DNA of 64,000 nt from Candidatus Marinacidobacterales bacterium (GCA_965224085.1 CBDCYI010000005.1:1408001-1472000), one strand, 5' to 3'. Positions 29,558 to 40,243 are shown, counted from the first letter of the stretch. The notes: generated by a model from the sequence alone, not told the origin. Made by a program: numbers and translations.

Positions 29558-30067
29558 ATGGACGACGAAAGATTTCGCGTACGTAGCGAGCTTTATCGTT
29601 TGCTTCTCGATGAAGAAGCAGGTGCTGCGTCGACGCTCGTCCCTCGCATGCTCGCGGATCCCGATTCACTAACCCCCGAGATTCGCTGGTGCCTCCTGTA
29701 CTTGATTCGGGGCGTCGGCTACCTCGCAGGGCGTAATCGTCTTTTCGGTCAAGACGGCCTTCTCGACACACTCTCCGAAGAGTTCGAGGTTGCGCGGCTG
29801 AGGACTCGGCGTCTGGACAATCTATGGTCTGAGATCGTTCAGGAAGATCCCAATCACTGGATGCAGCGCTACGAATCCACGGAAGTCCATTACTCACTTG
29901 AGGAGCTCGATTGGCTCAACGAGCTGCTCGGCCGTCTTTGGGAAGTGGAGCGTCAGCGCCTCGCTCTCGAAGAGCCGCCCTTGCAGCCCCTCGTGCTCCG
30001 CAAGCGCCTCGTCGCTGCGGGACAGCGCCAGGACCTCCTGGCCAATTTGTTGCTACGACAGAGCTGA
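29558..30067 (+). CDS. Hypothetical helical protein
   Basis: 169-aa ORF with host-like codon usage, AT-rich upstream region and a downstream hairpin (TCCCGGAC-ATA-GTCCGGGA, 30081-30099). Confidence 0.65.
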   Translation: MDDERFRVRSELYRLLLDEEAGAASTLVPRMLADPDSLTPEIRWCLLYLIRGVGYLAGRNRLFGQDGLLDTLSEEFEVARLRTRRLDNLWSEIVQEDPNHWMQRYESTEVHYSLEELDWLNELLGRLWEVERQRLALEEPPLQPLVLRKRLVAAGQRQDLLANLLLRQS

Positions 30068-30117
30068 GCCCCTCGGTCACTCCCGGACATAGTCCGGGAC
30101 TTCGTTTGCAACTTGCC

Positions 30118-30923
30118 GGTACTGTCAAATTGAGCTGGTGACTGACAGAATGGTCCAATGAAGACCGATGCGCCAAGCTACCACGGCTATCGATTTCCAC
30201 CGGAAATCATCAGCCACGCCGTCTGGCTCTACCACCGATTCTGCGTGAGCTTTCGAAACGTCGAAGAGCTGCTTGCTCAGCGAGGCATCACGGTTTCCTA
30301 CGAAGCGATCCGACTTTGGTGCATCAAGTTCGGGCCGGAATACGCTCGGCGACTGAAGCGTCGGCAGGGTCGCCTTGGTGACACGTGGCTCCTGGACGAG
30401 GTCCTCATAAAGATACAAGGCGAACGCCAATACCTCTGGCGCGCGGTAGACCAAGATGGTGATGTGATTGATATCCTCGTCCAGCCTCGCCGTGATCAGA
30501 AAGCCGCCAAACGATTCTTCCGCAAGCTGTTGAAAGGGCAAGGCCGTCCGCCCTGGCAGCTGGTCACCGACAAACTGAGAAGCTACAGCGCCGCTCACCG
30601 CGAGGTCATGCCGTCCGTCGTCCACGACACTGACCAGTACAGAAACAACCTAGCCGAAGTCTCGCACGAACCGACGCGACAACGGGAACGACAGATGCGG
30701 AAGTTTAAAGCTCCTGGGCAGGCGCAACGATTCTTGACCGTGCATGGACTCGTGCAAAACCTCTTTCGCGTCGGACGGCATTTGTTGCAAGCGCATCATC
30801 ATCGGGAGCTACGAGACCGCGCTTTCATCGTCTGGCAGGAGGTAACCTGTGCCGTCCGATGAGAGCAAAGGAAATCAGCTCGACGCAATAGGTTCGCTCG
30901 CTCAACGTCAACTTGACAATACC
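30118..30923 (+). mobile_element. IS6-family insertion sequence (806 bp)
   Basis: Terminal IRs GGTACTGTCAAATTGA and TCAACTTGACAATACC (14/16 match); no target duplication seen. Confidence 0.92.
30158..30862 (+). CDS. IS6-family DDE transposase
   Basis: RFPPEII..AVWLY.RF, W.LDEV, YLWRAVDQDG, TDKL.SY, NN.AE.SH. Confidence 0.95.
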   Translation: MKTDAPSYHGYRFPPEIISHAVWLYHRFCVSFRNVEELLAQRGITVSYEAIRLWCIKFGPEYARRLKRRQGRLGDTWLLDEVLIKIQGERQYLWRAVDQDGDVIDILVQPRRDQKAAKRFFRKLLKGQGRPPWQLVTDKLRSYSAAHREVMPSVVHDTDQYRNNLAEVSHEPTRQRERQMRKFKAPGQAQRFLTVHGLVQNLFRVGRHLLQAHHHRELRDRAFIVWQEVTCAVR

Positions 30924-31306
30924 CGTCACGACCACGACCGTATCTTTGATGATCACGGCGAACTCACAGTCGGAACAGTCTGCGAAGCCGAAGAACAGAC
31001 CTCGAACGTCGACACCGCCGCCCCGTCCGCTATTGCCGTCATCATCACCGTCGCTGTTGTCGCTGCTGTCGTCGCTGCTGTTGTCGTCCTTGCTGCTGTT
31101 CTCGCTAGGATCGTCGCTTGGGTCGTCATGACTGCTGATGCCTGCCCTCTGACTCGACGCTCCTGTCGTTTCCAAAGTCCCCAATGCCGACCAGGCGGGG
31201 AGGGTGACGTCATCGTTTCCCCATCATGGTCACCGCAGGCAACGAGTGCGCCTGCACATAGAAGCCACAGAATACCGAGCGCGATCCACGTCATTCGTCT
31301 TGTCAT
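30924..31306 (-). pseudogene. Lipoprotein with Asp/Ser-rich linker, frameshifted and truncated by IS6
   Basis: GAGGAG SD, lipobox LVAC, second frame SSHDDPSDD...DDDGNSGRGGG, cut exactly at the IS6 IR. Confidence 0.65.
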
Positions 31307-31507
31307 CGAAGTCTCCTCGGGGGACCCAAACGAGCCGGCGTGCGAACTCAGGCACGACGACCAACGGGCGCGCTATTCGGTTTTCCTCAGTGCAGGTGCA
31401 TTGTCCCTGAAGAATGCTTCAGCGTCTGTGATATCGAGCACCACGGCGTGGTCTGAGACTCACGATGAGACCGTGACGGACGCGACGATCGCAGCTGGAC
31501 CGTAGAC

Positions 31508-32764
31508 CTAGTGAATCCGACTGGTCTTCCGCTTAACGTAGTCCATCAGCACGTATTGCCCCAGTTGAGCGGGGGTCGTGAAATAAGCCTTGCCTTGGAC
31601 GATCTCAGTGACTTTCTTCACAAAGCCCACAAGGGAGTAGTCGCGGGCGAGCATGAACGTGTTGATCATGATCCCTTTGCGGCGGCACTCGACGACTTGT
31701 TTGAGCGTCTGGTCGAGGATGAGCGGGTCGAGGCCGAAGGGGTTTTTGTAAATGCGGCCGTCTTCGAGCGTGAGCGCCGACGGTTTGCCATCCGTAATCA
31801 TGATGATTTGCCGCATGTCGGAGCGTTGGCGCATGAGGATCTCTTGTGCGAGCCGGAGCCCCTCGGCCGTGTTCGTATGGAACGGGCCGACTTGAACTCT
31901 GGCGAGACGGGACAAGGGCACTTCCTCGGCGCTATCGTGAAACAGCACCAAGTGCAGCTTGTCTCCTGGAAATTGAGTGCGGATGAGATGCGACAGCGCG
32001 AGCGTGACGCGCTTTGCCGGCGTGAAGCGATCCTCTCCGTACAGGATCATGCTATGGCTGCAGTCCAGCATGAGCACGGTCGCGCACGAGCTTCGATACT
32101 CCGCCTGGTGCACGTGCAGGTCGTTCGCGGTCAAGTTGATGGGAACACCGAGTCCTTCGCGCCTCACCGCCGACAAAAGCGTGCGCGAGACGTCCAAGTT
32201 CAACGTGTCGCCAAACTCGTAGCGTTTCGAGCTTCCTATCACCTCGACACCTGTCGAGAGCTCCTGGGTCTCGTGCTGGCCTAGGCTTGCGCGTCCCAAC
32301 CCGCCGAGCAAGTCTTTGAGCGCTTTGAAACCGAGGAAATCGACGGACTTGTCGGTGAGCTCGAAGCGCGCCGAGCGCGGCTCGGATACATCGCCCATCT
32401 CGTCCGTCTCGGGGTGACCCGCAGCCGTGCGGTTCGGATCTGGGGGCGTGATGTTCACATAGCCCTCGTCCTGCATACGCTGGATGATCTGGTCGAGAAT
32501 CTCCCGTAGACGCGAATCCTCGAAGCTCTCGGCATCTCCCATGAGCCGTTCTATATCCTCCTCCGTGAGCCTTCCTTGCTCGAGCAGCGCTCGCAGGACG
32601 GCTTCGCGCAGCGACTGCATCACGTCGTCCGACAGCTCGTGGAACCCGTACATGTCATGGAATCCGCTATCGAGAAGGTAGTCCGAGAGCCCTTCGAGCA
32701 AGTCGGCGATATCGAAATCGTCGAACAGGTTGGGGCGGTATTTGCTGTACTTGGTCGTCGACAT
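31508..32764 (-). CDS. VWA domain protein
   Basis: [25 protein letters not shown]. Confidence 0.92.
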   Translation of the reverse strand: MSTTKYSKYRPNLFDDFDIADLLEGLSDYLLDSGFHDMYGFHELSDDVMQSLREAVLRALLEQGRLTEEDIERLMGDAESFEDSRLREILDQIIQRMQDEGYVNITPPDPNRTAAGHPETDEMGDVSEPRSARFELTDKSVDFLGFKALKDLLGGLGRASLGQHETQELSTGVEVIGSSKRYEFGDTLNLDVSRTLLSAVRREGLGVPINLTANDLHVHQAEYRSSCATVLMLDCSHSMILYGEDRFTPAKRVTLALSHLIRTQFPGDKLHLVLFHDSAEEVPLSRLARVQVGPFHTNTAEGLRLAQEILMRQRSDMRQIIMITDGKPSALTLEDGRIYKNPFGLDPLILDQTLKQVVECRRKGIMINTFMLARDYSLVGFVKKVTEIVQGKAYFTTPAQLGQYVLMDYVKRKTSRIH

Positions 32765-32780
32765 CGGCCCAATCTTAGTC

Positions 32781-34238
32781 TTAGTTCAAATGCGACTTGG
32801 TGTGATCGAGCGGCTCCTCATAGCCGATCTCCGGCTGCCGCTCCTCGTTGCGATGGTAGCCGCGCTCGTCGTTTCGCGAGATCTTTTTCACACCGGCGAG
32901 CCCTTCTAGGAGAAACTCGGCGGCGGAAACACGCTCGGGGGTCGAGGATCGCTCGGTCACTTGAACGACGGATGTGCGGGTGAGAAGCCCTGGGATCTCG
33001 GAGAGCGCTTTCAGAACCTCTTCCGACGACGCGGTCTCCGGCACGCGACAATAGCCGCCGCCGTCGAACCAATCAATAATGCTCGTGAAATCCTCTCTCG
33101 AGGCGTATTTCTGAAAGGCTTCGCCGACAGCGCGCTTGATCAGGTCTCGAGCGACGACATCGGCACCTTTGAGTTCCCCTTCATATTCGAGCTCGAGCTT
33201 TCCCGTGATCGCGGGAAGCGACGCATACACGTCCGAAACGCGGGGTGCCGTGGCCGTCTCGCCACGCTCGAGCGCGCGCCGCTCGGCGTTCGAGATGACG
33301 TTCTCGAGCAGAGAGATGGGGAGCCGCTGGCTGACCCCCGATCGCTTGTCGACGCGCCGATCCCCCCGCGCTTGGATGGCCACTTCCTCGATGATTTCCC
33401 GAAGGTAGTGTGGAATGTGGAGATCGTCGCGTCCCGCACGTTCGGTCCAAGCCTCGTCCGTCGTAATCGCGACGGACTCTTCGAGCGTTTCTGGGTAATG
33501 AGTGCGGATCTCCGAGCCGATGCGATCTTTGAGCGGCGTGATGATCCGCCCCCGCGCCGTATAGTCTTCCGGATTTGCGGTGAAGACCATCAAGATATCC
33601 AGCGGCAAACGCAGCGGATAGCCTTTTATCTGAACGTCCCCTTCTTGAAGGATGTTGAACAAGCCCACCTGAATCTTCCCCGCGAGGTCGGGGAGCTCGT
33701 TGATCGCGAAGATCCCGCGATGCGCACGCGGTACGAGACCGTAATGAATCGTGAGCTCATCGGAAAGATCGAGCCCGCTTCTGGCGGCACGGACGGGGTC
33801 GAGGTCACCGATCATGTCGGCGATGGTCACGTCTGGCGTCGCCAGTTTCTCGACATAGCGCTCTTCGCGATGGAGCCACCGGAGCGGTGTCGCGACGCCC
33901 TTTTCCGCGACGAGCTTCTTGCACGCGCTGCAGATCGGAGCGTGAGGGTTGTCGTGGATTTCGCAGCCGTCGATGACTGGGATTTCCTCGTCGAGGAATC
34001 GAGTCAAGCCTCGGAGCATCCTCGTTTTGGCCTGGCCGCGGAGCCCCAAGAGAATAAAATGGTGCCGTGACAAGAGCGCGTTCACGAGCTGGGGAATGAC
34101 GGTATCGCCGTAGCCGACGATTCCCGGAAAAAGCTCCTCGCCGGAGCTCATCTTCCGGACCAGGTTGCCACGGATCTCGTCGCGCACGCCGCGCGGTTTT
34201 TGATCCTGCAGTTCACCTAGGGTTTGGGCTTTACGCAT
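32781..34238 (-). CDS. AAA+ ATPase, magnesium-chelatase ChlI-like
   Basis: Walker A GLRGQAKT, Walker [28 protein letters not shown]. Confidence 0.9.
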   Translation of the reverse strand: MRKAQTLGELQDQKPRGVRDEIRGNLVRKMSSGEELFPGIVGYGDTVIPQLVNALLSRHHFILLGLRGQAKTRMLRGLTRFLDEEIPVIDGCEIHDNPHAPICSACKKLVAEKGVATPLRWLHREERYVEKLATPDVTIADMIGDLDPVRAARSGLDLSDELTIHYGLVPRAHRGIFAINELPDLAGKIQVGLFNILQEGDVQIKGYPLRLPLDILMVFTANPEDYTARGRIITPLKDRIGSEIRTHYPETLEESVAITTDEAWTERAGRDDLHIPHYLREIIEEVAIQARGDRRVDKRSGVSQRLPISLLENVISNAERRALERGETATAPRVSDVYASLPAITGKLELEYEGELKGADVVARDLIKRAVGEAFQKYASREDFTSIIDWFDGGGYCRVPETASSEEVLKALSEIPGLLTRTSVVQVTERSSTPERVSAAEFLLEGLAGVKKISRNDERGYHRNEERQPEIGYEEPLDHTKSHLN

Positions 34239-34353
34239 GTTCGGATTATAGCCCGATGCTATCGGCAAGACGCTAGTGCCCGGTATGTGACGACTGATAC
34301 AGGGGACTAGCGAGGTGGTACGCCGATGCGGCTTGAGTTAAGCTTCTCTCGAA

Positions 34354-34947
34354 ATGTTTCGGTTCGTTTTCCGCTTGGTTTTTCGTGCTTTCGCGCTGGT
34401 GATACTCGCTGGCGCCGGCTTCGTTTTGTACCACCTCTACGAGTCCGGGCAACTTCCTTTCATCCAGCGCGCCATCGAGGATACCGCCATAACCGCCTCG
34501 GTCCGCGCGGGGTTCGCGATCCATCGGGATCTGGCCGATCGGCCCATCCACGTATCGACCGCCGAAAGGGTCGTCACGCTTTCAGGAAGCGTCGCGTCCG
34601 AAAAAGAGCGGTCCGAGGCCGAGGCGATGGCGTCGACGATCGAAGGAGTTGACGCGATCGCGAATTACATCGAGATCGAGCCCGGGCTCGAAGACGCCGT
34701 CGGCGAAACGCTCGACAAAAGCCTCGGTGAGCGCCTCGACGACACGGCGCTTTTGGCGAAAATACGAACGGCCCTTCATCTCGACAGAGAAGTGCGCAAG
34801 CTGGATGTCGACATACGCGTCTCGTCAGGCCAGGTCATCCTGAGAGGTGAGATCCCGTCCGAAGCGCTGATGGAGCGCATACGGACGCGGGTGGCGAGCG
34901 TCCGCGGTGTCGAGCGTCTCAAGAACGAGCTCGAGCTCAAACAGTGA
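34354..34947 (+). CDS. BON-domain protein (OsmY-like, two BON domains)
   Basis: N-terminal TM, D.AIT..V...VTLSG.V...GV..I.N repeated twice. Confidence 0.9.
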   Translation: MFRFVFRLVFRAFALVILAGAGFVLYHLYESGQLPFIQRAIEDTAITASVRAGFAIHRDLADRPIHVSTAERVVTLSGSVASEKERSEAEAMASTIEGVDAIANYIEIEPGLEDAVGETLDKSLGERLDDTALLAKIRTALHLDREVRKLDVDIRVSSGQVILRGEIPSEALMERIRTRVASVRGVERLKNELELKQ

Positions 34948-35063
34948 TCGGGCTATTTCGCTGATGGGCGCAGATTTTCTCTTTAGTCTTCTTTGAGTCG
35001 GGCGGAAAGCTAAGCTTGAGCCACTTTTTGCCACCCGGCCTGTGATGAAGCGGCCTAAAGGTA

Positions 35064-35615
35064 CTAGGGCCGGCTCGAGCGCTCGACGTCCTCGGCGAGG
35101 ATGAGACCCTTGTCGATGAGGACGAGAGCGCGCCGCTCATCACCCTCACCGACGGCCCGTTGCGCCTGAGCGACGAAGCCGCGGGCCGCCGCGAATTGCT
35201 GTCGCTGGCCGTCTGAAAGCTCGCGTGCCGGCAGCGAGCTCATTAGTGCATTCGCGCGCGCGAGCTTCGCCAAAAGCTCCGGGTCCACACTCTCGCTCCC
35301 GGCGCGCTCGGTCGAAGGCGGCTCGGCAGGCACGTCGTCGGGGGACTCGGGCGGCGGCGGAGTCGGTGGCGCGCGGTCGGGTCCCTCGTCAGGGCGGGGC
35401 TCGGGGTCTTCGACTGCCGGCTCGGGCTCCACCTCCGCGACGGGTTTTTCATCTCGCGGGGTCTCTTCTGGCGCTGCAGGCTCCGCACGAGCCTCGCCCA
35501 CTGGCGTCGAGGCTGTCGCTGGCGGCCGCGGGAAATCCGCACGAGTGGCGCGCCAACACCCGGCAAAAACGCTAAGCCCGAGCAAGAGCAGGACGCTTCG
35601 GAGAAGACTCCTCAT
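35064..35615 (-). CDS. Pro-rich lipoprotein
   Basis: Lipobox FAGC, Pro/Glu linker, helical C-terminal domain; 22 nt downstream of the kinase. Confidence 0.75.
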   Translation of the reverse strand: MRSLLRSVLLLLGLSVFAGCWRATRADFPRPPATASTPVGEARAEPAAPEETPRDEKPVAEVEPEPAVEDPEPRPDEGPDRAPPTPPPPESPDDVPAEPPSTERAGSESVDPELLAKLARANALMSSLPARELSDGQRQQFAAARGFVAQAQRAVGEGDERRALVLIDKGLILAEDVERSSRP

Positions 35616-35637
35616 TCGACGTGGCTCCGGATTTTGC

Positions 35638-37440
35638 TCACGCGGGCATCTCCGGAAGGTGGATGGTGAACCGCGTGCCGTCCCCCGTCTGTGATTCTAC
35701 CTTGATTTCACCGCCGTGGAGTTGCACGATCCGATAGACCATGGAGAGTCCGATCCCACTGCCTTTTTTCTTCGTCGTCACGTAGAGGTCGAAGATTTTC
35801 TCGAGCATTTCCGGCTCGATGCCCACGCCGCTATCCGCGATGACGATCTCGACCCCGTCCTCCGTGCGCGCCGCCTCGACATGGAGCTGCCCTCCGTGAG
35901 GCATGGCTTCCTCGGCGTTGCGTACGAGGTTCAAAAAAAGCTGCTGCAGGAGCTCGCGGTCGCCATGAACTGCAGGAAGCTCCTCGGAAACCCCGGTCTC
36001 GATCTCGATGCCGCTCGCTTTTGCCTCCGCCGAGACCAATCTTTCGACTTCGTCGAACAGCTCCCGCAACGACACCGAAGTGAACTGTAGGTCCTCGGGG
36101 CGCGTGAAGCGCAAGAATCCTTGGATGACTTGATCGAGCCGGCGAATCTCTTTCTCGAGCGTATCGAGCGAGGCTTGCGTTTCCGGAGAGGCCCGCGCGA
36201 GCCTCTCCCTCAAGAGCGCGACATGGATCACCATGGCATTGAGCGGGTTTTTGATCTCGTGCGCGACGCCCGAAGTCAGCTTTCCGAGCGCGGCGAGCTT
36301 TTGGGCGTATGAGAGTTGAGAGCCGAGACGCGAGAGCTTCTCCATGTCGCGCGCGCTCACGATCACGCCGGAGACGCCGCTCTCGTCGCGCAGTACTTGG
36401 GCGCTCAGTGCATAAACGACAGGCCGCTTTCCGTTGGTGATCGTTGTGTCGACGGGCCCGACAGGCTCGTGGAGTGAGAGCGCCTTCGTGACGATCTCCG
36501 CCACCGGATGCTCTTCGGGGAAAAAGTCCGCGAATAGTTTTCCCTGAAGCTCCTCTCGCCCGAGACCGAGAAGATCCGCGGCGCGCTCGTTCAACGACAA
36601 GACGCGGCCGTCGTTGCTGACGACCAGAACGGCGTCCGAGAGCCCCCCAAGCATCGCCGACAACCAGCTCGCGTCATTCTCGCGGGCACTCCGTTCCTCA
36701 TCGAGCCTCTGACTCATGCTCGCGAAAAATTCCGCTATGCGGCTTACATCCGCTTCGCTCTGAAGATCGAGAGGTGGTTCGCCGTCCACGGGTTGGAAGC
36801 GGCCGAGCTCACGACGCAGCAGCTCGATCGGAGCCCAAAGCCAATTCGCGAATAACAGCGACGCAAGAAAAGCAGCGACGACGGCGGTCGACGCGAGCAG
36901 CACGTTCTGAGTGACGACACCCCAGATTTCTTCTTTCAGGAACAGAGTCGAGATCGCGACGTGCACGGCGCCGAAACGCTCCCCGTCGTCGTCGTCGAAG
37001 GGCATGGCGACCTCGAGAACGCTGTGGCCTTGCCTGAGTGCCCATAGCTGCGCGAGTGGGTTCTTCGCGACGAAGCTCTCGAGCGAAGGCGCTGGCGTAA
37101 GCTTGTCTCCGAGCTCGAGGGGATTGCTGTGGACGAGGGCAAAGCCGTCGAGATCCGTCATCGCGACATACATCGTTGTCGCGGAGTAGCCGACGACGCC
37201 TTCGGCGTAATTGTTCAAGGCCGCATCCCACGCCAAGGCCGAGCGGAGCTCCTCCGGCTCGTTTTGACGAATCACTCGTGAGGCTTGATGGCGGAGTGTC
37301 TCGGCCAGAAGTCGAGCGCGGGATTCGGTCTCGGCGACAGAAAAGCGCACGAGCGCGGTCATGTTTACAAGGCTCGTCGCCAAAGCGACTGTGGCGGCCA
37401 CGAGCGTCAGACCCGCGATTTGTTTTCTGCGAAATCCCAC
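35638..37440 (-). CDS. PAS-domain sensor histidine kinase
   Basis: Two TM segments, PAS, H-box AHEIKNPL, N/G/F boxes. Confidence 0.94.
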   Translation of the reverse strand: MGFRRKQIAGLTLVAATVALATSLVNMTALVRFSVAETESRARLLAETLRHQASRVIRQNEPEELRSALAWDAALNNYAEGVVGYSATTMYVAMTDLDGFALVHSNPLELGDKLTPAPSLESFVAKNPLAQLWALRQGHSVLEVAMPFDDDDGERFGAVHVAISTLFLKEEIWGVVTQNVLLASTAVVAAFLASLLFANWLWAPIELLRRELGRFQPVDGEPPLDLQSEADVSRIAEFFASMSQRLDEERSARENDASWLSAMLGGLSDAVLVVSNDGRVLSLNERAADLLGLGREELQGKLFADFFPEEHPVAEIVTKALSLHEPVGPVDTTITNGKRPVVYALSAQVLRDESGVSGVIVSARDMEKLSRLGSQLSYAQKLAALGKLTSGVAHEIKNPLNAMVIHVALLRERLARASPETQASLDTLEKEIRRLDQVIQGFLRFTRPEDLQFTSVSLRELFDEVERLVSAEAKASGIEIETGVSEELPAVHGDRELLQQLFLNLVRNAEEAMPHGGQLHVEAARTEDGVEIVIADSGVGIEPEMLEKIFDLYVTTKKKGSGIGLSMVYRIVQLHGGEIKVESQTGDGTRFTIHLPEMPA

Positions 37441-37471
37441 CAGGTTGAAGCTCCCCCTATATCGGGCCAGC

Positions 37472-38836
37472 TCAAGACGTCTCGCGATACTTTTTGAGCT
37501 TGTTGTGGAGCGTCTTGAGGCTGATTCCCAATATCTCGGCGGCGCGCGTCTTATTCTGCCCCGTAGACTCCAATGTCTTCAAGATCAAGTTCTTCTCTGC
37601 CTGCTCCACCGTCGTCCCGACCGGAAGCTCCATTCCACGTTCCGGCGCCGGGTCTTTTCTGGGATCGAGGACCGACGGCGGCAAATCCCCTCGCCGCAAC
37701 ACGTCGCCCTTCGCCACGATGACAGCGCGCTCGACGACGTTGCGAAGCTCGCGGACGTTTCCCGGCCAAGGGTAGGCCTTCAAGGCTTCGACCGCTTTGT
37801 CATGGATACCTTTGAGCGCTTTTCCTGTTCGCGCATTGAAGTCGTGCATGAAAGCCTCGACGAGCGTCGGGACATCCTCGATCCGGTTGCGAAGCGCCGG
37901 GAGCTCGATCGTGAACACGTTCACACGGTAGTAAAGATCCTCGCGCAAACTGCCGGCGTCGAGCGCTTCTCGAGGATCACGGTTGGTCGCGGCAAGGATG
38001 CGCACGTCCACGCGAATCTCCTCGTCGCCGCCTAGACGCCGGAAGCTTCGCTCCTCGAGAACCCGTAGAAGCTTGGCTTGCGTCGCGGGAGCCATCTCGG
38101 CTACCTCGTCGAGAAACAGCGTGCCGCCATGCGCCTGCTCGAACAAACCGCGGCGCCGTCCCTCGGCTCCGGTAAAAGCCCCTTTTTCGTGTCCAAAAAT
38201 CTCGCTCTCGAGTAGCGTTTCAGGGATGGCAGCGCAGTTCACCGCGACAAACTCGTTCTCTTTTCTCGCTGAGAGCTCGTGGAGTGTTCTCGCGACCATT
38301 TCTTTTCCGCTACCGGACTCGCCAACGATGAAGACGGAGGCCGCAGAAGGGGCGACCTGGCTCATTAGCGCGTAGAGCTCTTTCATCTTGTCGCTTGTTC
38401 CAACCATGCTCCCGAACCGCCCGCTCGTCTCGAGCTTCCTCTTGTAGCGCTCGACCTCCTCGCAAGCCGTGTTGCGCTCGACGGCCCTCTCGAGCACTTG
38501 GCGGAGCTGCTGCGTGTCGACCGGTTTGGTCAGGTAGTCGAAGGCACCTATCTTCATCGCCTCGACGGCGGTCGCGACGCTGCCTTTGGCCGTCAGCATC
38601 ACAACGGCGAGACGATCGAGCTCGGAGACGAGTCCGGAGAGAAGATCCAGGCCATCCATCCGGGGCATCACGAGGTCGGCGATAACGACTTGAGGGCGGA
38701 AGCTCTCGGCTCGCGCAAGACCTTCGACGCCATCCGATGCCGTATCGGTCTCGTAGCCCCAGCCGCGCACGAGCTCCGAGAGACCTTGTCGGGAGCCCGC
38801 TTCGTCGTCGACGATGAGAACGCGTCCGATCAGCAT
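37472..38836 (-). CDS. Sigma-54-dependent response regulator
   Basis: REC, GESGSGKE, GAFTGA, WPGNVREL, Fis HTH. Confidence 0.96.
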   Translation of the reverse strand: MLIGRVLIVDDEAGSRQGLSELVRGWGYETDTASDGVEGLARAESFRPQVVIADLVMPRMDGLDLLSGLVSELDRLAVVMLTAKGSVATAVEAMKIGAFDYLTKPVDTQQLRQVLERAVERNTACEEVERYKRKLETSGRFGSMVGTSDKMKELYALMSQVAPSAASVFIVGESGSGKEMVARTLHELSARKENEFVAVNCAAIPETLLESEIFGHEKGAFTGAEGRRRGLFEQAHGGTLFLDEVAEMAPATQAKLLRVLEERSFRRLGGDEEIRVDVRILAATNRDPREALDAGSLREDLYYRVNVFTIELPALRNRIEDVPTLVEAFMHDFNARTGKALKGIHDKAVEALKAYPWPGNVRELRNVVERAVIVAKGDVLRRGDLPPSVLDPRKDPAPERGMELPVGTTVEQAEKNLILKTLESTGQNKTRAAEILGISLKTLHNKLKKYRETS

Positions 38837-38900
38837 TCAGCGGTCAGCTTTCAACATTCAGGGTTCAGGCGCGATTACTTCACGCTGCAGATTGCTGATG

Positions 38901-40208
38901 TTACTTCTTTTTCAAGCGTATCTTCAGCAATAGCTCGATTTCTTGCTCGTCATCGTCAAGGTTGCCGTCGACTTCGATAGTGACCGGGACCTCGATTCGC
39001 TCGATCGCTATGGGCCCGGATGCGCTCGCAGGAGGTATGGTCGTGACTTCCTCGCGACGGATCGAAACCTTCGTCTTGATGAGCTCGCTCAAGTTCATGC
39101 CCGCGCTCGCACCCTGCTCCACATCGAGCTCACCGCCGAGGAGGTCCGCTTCGAGATCGCGCACGAAGTCTTCTTCGACGGACGGCTCGTTCAGAATCGA
39201 CGCCGTCACCTCAACACCAGCGCCCTCATCGAGCAGTCCGGAGAATATCGGGTCTTCGAGTGCGGCCGGTGCGGCCGGTGCAGAAAGACCCGGGGTGTCT
39301 GCTTTGGACTCGGTGGCGTCGGCTGTCGCATCGTCCAACTTCAAAGCGTCGTCGAGGATACTCTCGATGTTGAGGTTTTCGAACGTGTCTATATCTACGG
39401 GCTCTTCGTCGTCTGAGGTCACGTTCTCTTTCTCCGAAACGAACGGCCAGATGCTGGCAGCCTTGGCAGAAGCGTCCTGGCTGGACGCGACTTGGCTCAC
39501 CTGAGCCGTTTCTCCGGTACTCTCAGTGACGCCGGCCGACACCAGAGCCGCGGGGTCGATCTGCCCCGAATCTTCGGCCGGTTTTTCGAGCTTGCCCATC
39601 GGGGACATCGCACGGGCCCCGCCATAGCGGTCGATGACCGAACTCAACACCAGGCCACTGATCGCCTGGAGCGTTTCCTCGACGCCGATGCCGTCTTTGG
39701 CGACGGCCTCGTAAAACGGGGCGTTCATCGTATTGAGCGTGTCGTTCATCTCCTCCACGGTGCAAACGTCCTCGAGATCACGCTTGTTGAACTGCATGAC
39801 CATCGGGAGCGCCTCGAGCTTCAGGTCGTGAGCCACCAGATTCTCCCGCAGGTTTTCGAGACTCTCCTTATTGGCTTCGGTCATGCCCGGCTGTGAATCC
39901 GCGACGAAGACCACCCCATCCGAACCTTTGAGGACCATCCTCCGAGTAGCGTTGTAGAAAACCTGACCCGGCACCGTGTAAAGCTGAACCCGAGTCTTGA
40001 TCCCGCGGACAACGCCAGCATCAACGGGGAGAAAATCAAAGTAAAGGGTACGATCCGTATCCGTCGCCAGCGTCAACATCCGGCCTTTGTTCTTGATCGG
40101 AAGATCTTCGTAGATGTACTGCAGATTGCTCGTCTTACCTGACAAACCAGGCCCGTAATAGACAATCTTGGCAGTCAATTCCTTTAGAGCGTAGTTAAAA
40201 AGGACCAC
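38901..40208 (-). CDS. MglA-like small GTPase with long acidic C-terminal extension
   Basis: KIVYYGPGLSGKTSNL, RTLYFDFLP, YTVPGQ, NKRDL, followed by about 240 aa low-complexity tail. Confidence 0.9.
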   Translation of the reverse strand: MVLFNYALKELTAKIVYYGPGLSGKTSNLQYIYEDLPIKNKGRMLTLATDTDRTLYFDFLPVDAGVVRGIKTRVQLYTVPGQVFYNATRRMVLKGSDGVVFVADSQPGMTEANKESLENLRENLVAHDLKLEALPMVMQFNKRDLEDVCTVEEMNDTLNTMNAPFYEAVAKDGIGVEETLQAISGLVLSSVIDRYGGARAMSPMGKLEKPAEDSGQIDPAALVSAGVTESTGETAQVSQVASSQDASAKAASIWPFVSEKENVTSDDEEPVDIDTFENLNIESILDDALKLDDATADATESKADTPGLSAPAAPAALEDPIFSGLLDEGAGVEVTASILNEPSVEEDFVRDLEADLLGGELDVEQGASAGMNLSELIKTKVSIRREEVTTIPPASASGPIAIERIEVPVTIEVDGNLDDDEQEIELLLKIRLKKK

Positions 40209-40243
40209 AGGTTACCATCCGGCCAGATCGCACTGGACCTCGT

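Noticed and set aside
31030-31130. GTCGCTGCT-type tandem repeats
   Set aside because: They simply encode the Asp/Ser-rich linker of the truncated lipoprotein.
32781-34238. Chlorophyll biosynthesis (phototrophy) from the Mg-chelatase-like gene
   Set aside because: No bch/chl genes in the window; this AAA+/VWA family is common in non-phototrophs.
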